Positions 51,590-62,500 of a stretch of 64,000 nt of DNA are shown piece after piece. The stretch covers positions 248,001 to 312,000 of the forward strand of contig VJWM01000126.1 in assembly GCA_010909165.1 (NCBI GenBank), written 5' to 3'. A program made the position numbers and the translations under genes. The stretch is from Anthoceros angustus. Taxonomy: Eukaryota; Plantae; Anthocerotophyta. Positions within the stretch are counted from its first letter, which is position 1; the number at the start of each line of letters is the position of its first letter. Under the pieces are notes generated by a model. That model ran no database searches. It was not told the DNA's origin and saw only the letters and a list, made by a program, of their open reading frames with translations.

Positions 51590-52480
51590 TAGGTGACACT
51601 CTCTGGCACTCTCTATGGCCCAACACTCCAGTGGAAGCTCTCTGTCTCTGCTTGCATTGTCAAGGGGGTGACATCTACATGTGAGGTTCGGAGGAGGTTC
51701 AAACATCCTTTCTTCGGCCCCACATTGCATATAAGAAGTCCGTCCCCCTTGCCATCTTTCTTGCAGAGTTTACCACTTTCCTGCTTGAACTTGAGGGCCT
51801 ATTTCGGCTAACCAACTTCCTATACCGCCTCTACTCTTTAGAAGAAGCCCAGTCTAACCACCCCACCTCCGCTCCCTCATACCTCCTTCTTGCATTTCAA
51901 TCATCCCGGAAGTTAGCCTCCTTAGGAAACAAGACCTGTTGGTATGCCCAGTCTTCTTCCTGGCTGGAGAAGTTTGGATTCTGTCCCAAGAGTCTTCCTG
52001 CCCACCCCCTCTTTCAATTCCTTCCCCCTCCTCTGAATAAGTCCATCCGTCTTGAGCTGCAAACCACCTATTTGTCTTATACCTGGTCTCCTATCTCTCC
52101 CTTACCCACTAAGCTAGAAACTTACAAACAACTTTTTTGTATTCTCTCCGACTCTGGGAAACCAATGCTTCCTCTCTATCTCCGCAGCCATGTGTCCTTC
52201 AAGCTTAGGATGATTATGGGTCATCTTCGGGTAGGGTCCCACCACCTTAGGGTTGAGACTGATAGATGGCTGCGCCCAAAGCCACCTAAGGAGACCCGAA
52301 TATGCAGGTTATGCAACAGGGATGTTGAGACTGAGGAACACTTTGTTTTCCTCTATCCCATATATGAAGATATCAGGCATACATTTATCAATCTATTTAC
52401 AACATCGATCTTCACTCGGGGTTTTCAATTTTCCTGACCCTATTATTGCAGGAGTTTGCTTGAAACAAATGTGGGAAATG
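51590..52480 (+). mobile_element. 5'-truncated LINE (non-LTR retrotransposon) 3' fragment
   Basis: LRVGSHHLRVETDRWLR..TRICRLCNRDVETEEHFVFLYPIYEDIR is the typical C-terminal zinc-finger region downstream of LINE RT. Upstream sequence is a degraded RT thumb. Confidence 0.75.
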
Positions 52481-53569
52481 AGGACCAACCAAATTCAACT
52501 TCTCAACTTGTCGGATATTTGATTATGCCTCACAGCACTAATCTCAATGCCTAACTCAGAATAGCAGTTAAATTTCATTATAGTCTCTATGTATATTTAT
52601 CATATCAACGGAAATCCGTCCTTAGTGGACTTAAATAAAATTCTTCTTCTTCTCTTCTTCTTTTCCTCCTTCTACTTCGATGCCTGTGTCGTCCTATTTC
52701 ATCTCGTTAGGCAGCCCCTCTTCCCATTTCATGTCCTCCCCATTCACGATTCACTAGGGGTGAAGCATTCCTTTTCTTTTGAAAGGAGAAACTCCATATC
52801 GGAAAGGCCCGAAGAGTATGACCTCCGAATCCCGTCTTTGGAAACTTGCAATTGCAAATTCTCACCGATGTAAGTACATGAAGAGGCAGGCAGTCATATT
52901 ACCCATAGCCAACAGGCGACATTCATGTCGTCTGAAGTTGGAAAGCATGGCGCACCCTCAAGCCAGATACGAAATCTGTCATTGTTGTTGTTTGAAAATC
53001 GAAACCATCAAAGGCTCTGCAGTCTGCATTGGCATTCAATCGAGTGTCCGGCGGACGTACTGTACACACATACTCTATCCCCATTCGTACACAACTGAAT
53101 TCTGGTAAGCGGCGGCAGGGAATTAAGTGCACTCTTAACGGCGTTAAGCCAGTCTCGGAGACAGTCACAAGAAGGAACACGAGCCGGTCCACCCAGTTTC
53201 GTAATTCTGTCATGGGCTGTGGACATTGACGTCATGCAGGATGTCATCATGCCTCTTGTATAATCGGTGAAGTTGGCCTGAAGGCACCTCCTGCCTGTGG
53301 AGCCAGTGGACCAGTCTTCGGACGCTTTGATTCGTCTGTTTCCAGAGAAACAGACAATGCATGGTCGTTACTGGGAGTCTCATACAGCAAGGCTCGTTTG
53401 TAGTCTGAATTCGGCTGTTGTTAGCGAGTAAACTGTTTGCAACTCGGAACATGCTCGACGTTTGGTGTGTTTATCAGGTCGGGGGAGGTGAACGTTGAAG
53501 ATTGAATGCAAATTTGTTCAAGTTTCTTGACTCTGGAAGAGCTTTCTTCCACCCACGAGACGAATCAGC

Positions 53570-56500
53570 ATGGTGTCCTTGGAGGAGAAGTGGAACTCGC
53601 CGGAATGGAGAAGCGGTAGGACTCTACGGAGTGAGAATGTGCAGGAAAATACTAGAGGGAAGGGGAGAAAGAAGGGAGCAGAACAGCACCAGAGGCTACC
53701 AATTGACGACCACCGGGTGAAGATTTTGGACCATATCTGCAGGCATCGAGTTACGTTTATCCAGGTACATTTGTGAGTATGCGGTGCATTGTGCATTGTG
53801 CATTGGTTTGCATCACTTTGTTTCAGTTCCTGTGTCGCATCAATTACAGCACTTGAGTGGGCAATGCTCCTCTTTGTGTGGCTGCAGGGAGACCCTGGGT
53901 GCGGGAAGAGCACGGCTGTGCCACAATTTCTACTGGATGATACTCGCCGTCGTGTGGGAGAAGTGAAGGTTGTGGTTACTCAACCACGGCGTATTGCAGC
54001 CATATCCTTGGCCAAACGGGTTGCCCAAATGAGAAATCAGAATGTAGGAGGTGAAGTTGGGTACTGTGTTTCCAACGATCACGTAACAGGTGGAGAGCAC
54101 ACCAGGCTTTTGTACGTGACTAGTGGGTATTTGCTGGAGGTAAGTGCCCTTTTGGACCTGTATGCTGGGCTGCTGTGGACTCGGTCTACAGCTTGCAGAC
54201 TCCATTAATATTGTTCTCCCAAACAAACGTCAGAAGAGGAATCTGTATTGTAGCAGCAGCTAGAACTGGCAGCTGGTGGCTGAATGCCAGCCTTGTTGGT
54301 CATGTGCAGTGGCTTAGTTGTCAGTGGGACAAGACGAGGCCTTTACAAGAATGCATGTCTCATCTGATACTGGATGAGGTGCATGAGGGAACCCCTCAGC
54401 AGGATTTGCTGATGCTCCTTGTGAAAAAACTCTTACAGTACGGCCAAGGAGCCTCCTACAATGGCTTCCCCAAGATCATCATAATGTCAGCGACACTGCA
54501 AGTGAAGCCTTTCCGTGACTACTTCGCTGCCCTCTCTCAGCAGTTCAGCATCAGCAAGAGAGGCTCCGATGGACCAACCATCCCGGCTTGCATGGACGAC
54601 ACCTTGCATGTTGGAGCGAATAGATTTTCTGTGGACATAGTTTTTCTGGAGGAGATTTTGCAAGCCATCCCGACCCTTAGTACTGGAGGGAAGGAGATTG
54701 TACGAAGGCTCCTCAAATTCCCAGCCAACGGTGAGTCCTTTCCCAATTTTGCATACCCTCTTGTGGTGCACCTTGTGAGCCAGACTGCAAAGGTGGGGGA
54801 TGCAGTGCTAGTGTTTGTGCCTGGCCTGGTCGACATTGTTCGGCTGCAAGAGGAATTCAGACGCCAGTCAAGTGGAGCAGGAGAAAAACGTTTGGAAACG
54901 TTCTTGTTGCATTCCCTGCTTGAGAAAGAAGAGCAGGCGGCGGTGCTGCAGCCACCGTCTCCAGGTATTACCAGAGTATCATGTCACTAGACACACTTCT
55001 TCTCAAACGAGGGAGTGGTAAGCATCTGACCAAGGCTTTGGAACGGAACCTCTTGCAGGAGCTGCCAAAGTAGTGATTGCCACAGACATTGCTGAGAGCA
55101 GCATCACCATCCCAGGAGTCAGATTCGTGATTGACATGGGAATGCAGAAGACCATGTCTTTCGACAGGTCTGTCGGGGTTGAGAGGCTGTCCTGCTCCTG
55201 GTGCACAAAAGCTTCTGCAACGCAAAGGGCTGGGAGGGTTGGTCGTCTCTACCCAGGCACAGTGATTCGCCTGTACACCCGAGAAAAGTATGATCATTTC
55301 CAGGCAAGCTGCTTTTCCTATAACCACCTGATTGTAAGTGCTGAAGGTGGTGACACGAGGGACTCTGGTCTTTCCATATCTACCTTGAACTGGTCCTTGC
55401 AAGCATGTTTTTGTTTTCCTATCTGACACCAGTTTCCAGGACTATGCTGTGTCCAAAATTCGAGAAGAAGAGGTTGAATACGCCTTGCTCAAGCTCTTGA
55501 GCAACTTTACCGCGTTTGGCCCACCTACACAGCTTATTCAAGAAACGATAAACCCTCCTGAGCCAACGCTGGTAGTCGATGCTATGAGAGCTCTGAGAAG
55601 TGCAGGAGCCTTGATTTATTCCGATCAGAACAACTTCTATGATGCTAAGCTTACAACAATTGGACGCTTGGCCAAATGCCTGGCAGGCGATGTGAAGGTG
55701 GCCAAGCTTGTGATGAATGGTCTGGTCCTGAAATGCTCACCTGACTGTATTGTAATGGCAGCAACATCGGAAACTGAGAAGGAGGACATATTCAATCGCT
55801 ATCAGATCCACCAGAGCCAAAGGTAACACTCATATTGAATCCGACCTGAAACCAGCTCACAGTCCTATGACAACCGTAGATCAATCTTACATTTAAGGCA
55901 CTGTTTTACTGTGCACAGTGATCCCCTGAAGCACCAACAAAATGTGTGTGACTCCTTCAAGATTAGAAAGAGGTTTGACAAGGGCCATTATAGTGAGCTC
56001 CTAATGTACCGCCAAGTATATATCGAGGGTCAGCGAAATCAATTCAGCAGAAAATGGATGGAGCAGAACCACCTAAGCTTTGCTCGCTTCCAACTATTCA
56101 CTTGGAGGATTGCAAAATATGCCAGAAACGTTTCAGAATTCCTTCAGGGCCACAATTTGTCAGAAGGAATGAGTTTCGAGCTACAGAAGCTCAGACTCCT
56201 TGCGCAACATGGGAAGGGCTACACGTTGGATTCATTTATATTCCGAGAGGACTTGACAATGGTTAAGCTTGCCATTACTGCAGCATTTATAGACTGCCTG
56301 GTTATCGGGGATGTTGCTAACAGTAGGCAAGCAGTGAATGAGCTGAAAGAACTAGAGAAAGCAGGACTTCCTCCCTCCTCCTCATTCAGGTTGAATGGAC
56401 TCGATTCAACTCCGGTGAATGTTGAGGAGCTAGGCAAAGTGCTTCAGGTATGCTATGTCAGATCCAAGCCACAGAGTGTTAGAGCGTAGTCACCTGCCAC

Positions 56501-59500
56501 CAAAGTACTGGACATGATGATGTATCACCTGCTTGACTCGCACGAAAATGACTGTGTTGTTGGACCTGTTCAGGTGATAGGACCCGTTGCTAAGATTGTA
56601 CGAAGTCCAACTCAAAATGGAGCAGCTCTAATCCAATGTTACGACACAGGAAGTCACAGAAACTGTGCTGAGTTTGTCGTCAAAGACCTTCCCGAAAGTG
56701 GCCTGTTATTGTTTCATATGCCGAGAGCAGTCACCTCCAAACGCACAACGATAGTGCATCTTGCTGGGCAAGACGGATGCAGCGAAAGACACATAGGCCG
56801 ACCCTCTAAAAGCAGGCAAATTAGGTGGTCTACCACACTCAATGGACACACCGTCAAGGTGAAGTTTGACAGCAGCAGCATACAGGAGCCAGCGTTCGAG
56901 ATGAGGACAAGGGGAGAGGTAAACTTTCATCTTGGTGTGGCTCGCCAACTCTTCGGGACAACTCTAAAGGACAAAGTAATCGCACACTATGTAACCATCT
57001 TGCCATCTCAAAACCTGTTCTCAGTCCTGGCTATATTGCTATGTTGGCCTCCAGGGGAACATGGTTTAGAGCTTCGAATGGATACCCGTAGCCAGAGGGT
57101 CTACTGTGTCCGGATAGGGCCAAGACTGAACCTTTCCCTGGCACCTAGGTACCTCATCTTAAAGCAACTTGATCTTATTGAAGAAGCTCGCATCAAAATG
57201 CAGAGAGTGATGGCGGGTGCACCGGTAGAGGGAAATCTTGAGATGGACATAATGAAGATCCTCATGTCTGATTCAAATCAGAAGCATCAACCCGTAATGG
57301 CCCCACAACTAGGGCCTTGGGTTGGGTATCTCTTTGTGAGAAGTTCCCAAGAATGCAAGGTGAAGATTTCAATGGACGGTGCAAAGCACTTCAACAGTGT
57401 CCACCAAGGAAAAGCGGGTAAAGCTGCCCAGCAATCAGTAAAATCGGTAGCACCCCTACATGTGCCTTCTGTGGAGAGTATGTCAACCAAATCCAAGAAG
57501 AACACTTTTGAACAGAAAAGGGTTTATATTCCTAAGGGCACTGGGGCAGGAACCAACCGATTGCAGCAAAACGTTAAGGAGATACTTGCTGACATATCTT
57601 CAGACGAAGTAGTCCAGAGTTCTGGACAGTCCGTGACTGGAGCACAAAGTCCTCTGCTTATCCTTTGTATAGATGAATCAAACTACGATGCAACCCAGAA
57701 AAAAGTCCCAGTCCTTGACTCACTACCCACGGAAGACATGGCTAGCATGCCCCATGAGTGTTCTAGTGCAGCAACTGACCGACTGCAGCAAGGAGTTAAG
57801 GAAGCACTTGCTGATGTGTCTTTAGATGAAGTAGTCGAAAGTTCTGAACATTCCGTTAGTGAAGCATGTAAACCACTTCTGCCCGTGGAAGACAAGGCCA
57901 TCATACCCAATGAGTCATGGGACAAGGCTACCATATCGAATGACCTACGCGAGATTCTAAATACAGTTACACCCGACATTCAGACCCTGCACACTGCTTT
58001 CCAGCTGGTTGATCCAAGTCTCGGCCTGCAGATGGTGCATAATTGGACTTCAGGGGAGCGGTCGCATAATCAAAAGTTTTTCTCTCTATTAAGGGAGTTG
58101 GTCCTGATGTACCAATCAAGACAGGGGAAATCATTGGACTGCGATGTTCCGTCTGTTGTAGAGATCGTGCATAAGGAGAAACGAAAGCTTGTCAACAACA
58201 AACAGCAGGTACAGAATCGTTCATCATGATGTCTGTGAATGACCAGCCCTGGTATGCAAACTGTCCAGCTGACTAACATTGTTTGAAAGTGCAGATGCAA
58301 GTCGAAACATGGTACCACTCACTATGCAATCCGGACAAATCAGAGATGATGCCATTGACCACTTGGGGCACCGCTCCAGGTGAAACAGTGCAAGTTGACA
58401 AGCAAGAAGCTCAGTCATTCATCAGGCAACCAAATGCCACTACAATCAGCAAACAGCTTTCACTCACTCTACATCAGAGAAGCTTTCTTCTGAAGAGGTT
58501 GAAAAGTCAGCCTGTTCCTCAGGTGGACATTTCTGTTCCTAATGTGGCATCCAAAAGCAGCTTAGTGATGGTGTTCGGACCACCCTTGCAAGTGGAGAAG
58601 GCTTTGCAGTGGATCAGGTCTACGGTTCTTGAGCACAAGCCAGGAAAATGGGCAAGTAACAAGACATATTTGGACTCCCAAGACAGGCACCAGAGGATTC
58701 ATTTTGTGGCGATAAGTCCCTCTCGAGACAGGCTGACTGCATTAAAAGAATATTCAGAGTGTGTTCTACAGCTGGCTCAAGGAGCTAGTTGCCCTTTGGA
58801 TGTCAAAGCTCCATCCCTGTACCTTCCTGAAATCTCAAGGGACTTTGATGATGCTCTGCAGAAGGTGAACCCGGGGACAAAAGTGGAGATGCAGGGGAGG
58901 CTCGGAAGGATAATTTTCAGCCATAGGGAAAGGGAGAAGGACTCTTTACCATATGACTTCAGTCAGCCACCAGACATCTTCATCCGTCTTTTGTCAGAAA
59001 GAAAAGTGAACAAGCAGCGGTTTGATGACACAATCGAAAGTCAGGAGTTTGGCTACCTAAGGGCAGCCCTCTCCGTTTGTCGCCCAAAAAGAATCTTCAG
59101 ACAACGGTCCGTCGTTCTGCTGGTGTCCAGTTTGCAGAGGCAATCCGAAGACGAAGGGGTGAGAAAGCTTACCATAGTTGAGTCTGACAGCCAACCAGGG
59201 AAACATATTTTGCAGTTTGTGCAACAAAGAGAAAGACTTGCAACAGCAGACATCGTTCGACTACATGCAGGAGCAGTACATGCAGACATACGAGTTTCTA
59301 TGACGGTACGTACTTACAGAAAGATTTCTCCAGTTTCCAGAAACGAGAGACTGCTTGTCCCTGCTTGATATAAACTCTGTTCCTTGATGTTGCAGACCAC
59401 AGTGCAGAAAGGAATGACGAAGGAAGACCAAGAATTTGTGAATGGTATCGAGAGAAGAGGTGCTGTGCTGTGGTTTCCACCTCTACCCTATGTAGTGCAC

Positions 59501-62500
59501 ACCCAAAGGCTAAAGGAAACGGAGGTATTTTTGTTTAATGAGTTGAAGGTCACTTTGGCTGTAGTCACCCAGGCACGTGGTGGAGGAGACTCATGGATCA
59601 AGAATGAGGTGGAGTTTGAGGCCGTGGATCCCAATGGAGATGGCTCCACTTTGTTTGTGTCACGTGGAAGTGTGGGAGAAAGAATGGAATTCCTCCTGAG
59701 AGATATCCAAAGCATGTGTACCGAGTTCTGCTTGAAATTTGATGAAACAATTACCAAAGACTTTGCTGGGAAACTGCTGTTGCACTGGAAGATGCAGTAT
59801 GGAAATATCCCACGGCTCCGCAAGCTGCTTGAACTTGGGTTGTCAAACCCAGAGGACAAGGGTGGTGACTCTGCTCATCAATTACCTGCACCACCGGTCA
59901 GTCAGGGTTATGAGCGCAACACTAACAATAGTAAGCTAGTTTGTGACCTTGTGGAGCACCTGCATCACTTTGATGATTGCATCACGGCCAGAGATGATGT
60001 TGCTACAACTGAATTGCTTATTGCAGTACTTCAAACACTTCATTCTATGAAATTCTTGCTTGCCAAGGGTGTACAGGAGAGGGCTTGGTTGTTGATAACA
60101 AGTAGTGAACTGCAACCAAAAGTTGCCCTCCGGTACGCCTGTCTCGTTCCAAGAGATTGCTATTCCAAACATTATTGGGAGGAGGTTCTGTGTCCTTACC
60201 TGTGGCAAATGGAGCTTGAGCAGCAGCATGAGGAAGCTGACGAGCTAATCTCATTTCTTGGCCTTCAGAAAAAGACGATGAAAGCAGTTCTGAATGACCT
60301 GGCACTTGGCCCCAGCTTGAATAACATTTTCTGCTCCCTCCGACGGTTGATACACACTAACAATGCTCATCAGTTCATGGTAGTTTTCACACACACTATA
60401 GAACAACAGGTGGCAATCCCTCCACGGCATTTGGAGGGAAATATAAAAAAGGTTCTCTGTCATCATGAAGCAAGAGCTGCTGAATTTGTTCTACTATGCT
60501 CAGAGTGGTTTCTGCAAACTTCAGAAGGCAAAGGAGACATACATCACAAGTCAACTCTTGTGTGGTTGATTGAAGTGATCAAAACGCTGAACGTCCCAAT
60601 CAGTGAGGAGTGCCGTTTGCTTGCATTGTCGCAACTGATGAAATTCGCACCAGTGGGGATGGAAGCTCAAGAAATTGAGGACAAGATATTCAGTACATAT
60701 CAAGTGGACGAAGTTCTATACAGAAACGAGCATTATCAAAGAATTCTGAAGAGCCTTCCACTCTGTCATACACATAAAGAGGTATATTAAGAAACACATC
60801 AAGTAGCACATGAGGTCAATATTTCAGGGACCAAATCCCTCACTAAGACTTGCCTTGTTGTACACACTGTAGGAGTTGGTACGCAGGGGCCTTGCACAGA
60901 GACAATGCCATATGTTCAAGACTTTACATCCTGGACATCGAGTCAAAGCAAGCTGCCTTATTCCTGGTGTAAATAGAGGTGGAGACCGATTGATAGGAAG
61001 CCCTGGAATCCTGATTCCTGCTCGAGACCCTACAGGTCAAATAACTGGTGCCCAGATCAAAGTTGACAAAGTCAATAGTGGGAAGTATATTTGGTGGAGC
61101 AGTAAGAACGAAGGAGGGAGGGGGCCCCGAGTGCGTGAAAGTTTGCCTTTGTTCTGCTGCATTCCAGAAGGACATGATTGTGCAGTTATTGGACTTTGTG
61201 AAGGTAAAACATCGTTGTCTCTATTGACAGTGAGCTGTCCCTGCCCAACCTTTGGTTAGTCGTCGAAGATCTTTGAGAGACAACTGTTGAACAGAGGCTG
61301 CACCTCAGTAAAATCAGTATTGGGGGTTTACCTGGATTCTTTTCGCTGCTCCCAACCAAGCTTAGTAACACACCTGCTACATGCAATGCAGGAGGCCTTA
61401 AAGCACATGTTGCTGCAGCCTTGAGTGGACTGCCGATGATTGGAGCTTCTGGAGCTGCATTCCCACAATCAAGGAGCTTACTTGAGACATACCTGGCAAT
61501 GCTAAATCCCACACAGATACTCTTCTTTCCAGATGCAGGCTCAACAAACAATGACCAGGCAAGTTCCAATGCCCTTCATCTCTATCGTATATTGCTTTTC
61601 AGTGTGAGCTTGTAAGAAGAATGTGCCTTTCGTTCACAGGTAACACGGAGCTACTTCCACACATTTCGACTACTTCGTGAATGGAATTATGATTTTCTTG
61701 TTGCATGGTGGGGCCAAGTGAACAAGGAAGATCACCTTGATATCGATGACTTTCTCTGCACAAGTGAGTCTGCAGAGGAAATTCCTTTATTGTCAGAGCG
61801 CCAATTTTGGCAGCTCATCAATCCAGACGTCAAAACCAAGTTAGACGAAGAATTTTCTGAGTTGAGCAAGCCTTGGGAAGTTCATGTTCAGCCCCAAGCT
61901 ATAAATCTGGAGGAAACATTCACAGACACTGATGACATAAAAATCACAAGAAACCCGGCCTCGGTAGGGTGCGTGCATACTCAGAAGTTCTTGATATCAA
62001 TCCCCAAAGCCAGGATGATGAGGATGCCAAACTCACCAAATGGATATGTAACACCTTCTTCTGTGAAAACTTTCTCCATAGAGGCCTTTATGGTGTTTGT
62101 GAACGATTTGCAAGAAACAGATCTACTGATAGAGTGGTTGGTGCAAGAGGAGAAGGATGACAACGCTATCATAGGGCTGGACTGTGAGCATGACCCTGAT
62201 GGTGCACTCAGACTCATACAGTTATCTGTTCACAGTCGATGTCTGCTTATTCGCATACCTTGCTTGACATCTAGGCACCTGTTCCAAGCTCCTATCAGGT
62301 ACACAATGGGGACATGTTCTGCCAGGTTCCATGTTGGATTAGGTTGCTGCAAATGACGTACCTACTTCTGGAAGTGGCTTGCAGGCTCTCAAGACTCCTT
62401 GCATCTGTAACGTACATCAAAACTGGAGCGGAAGTCCACAAGGATGCCCTGGCTATCTTCCACACCCTGGGACTTGTGGTCAATGGATGCAAGAACGTAT

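Noticed and set aside
60715-61800. Cyanobacterial contaminant or chimeric contig as the source of the CyRepA1-like domain
   Set aside because: The domain is interrupted by three in-phase spliceosomal introns and is continuous with flanking eukaryotic exons. Read-level confirmation is still desirable.
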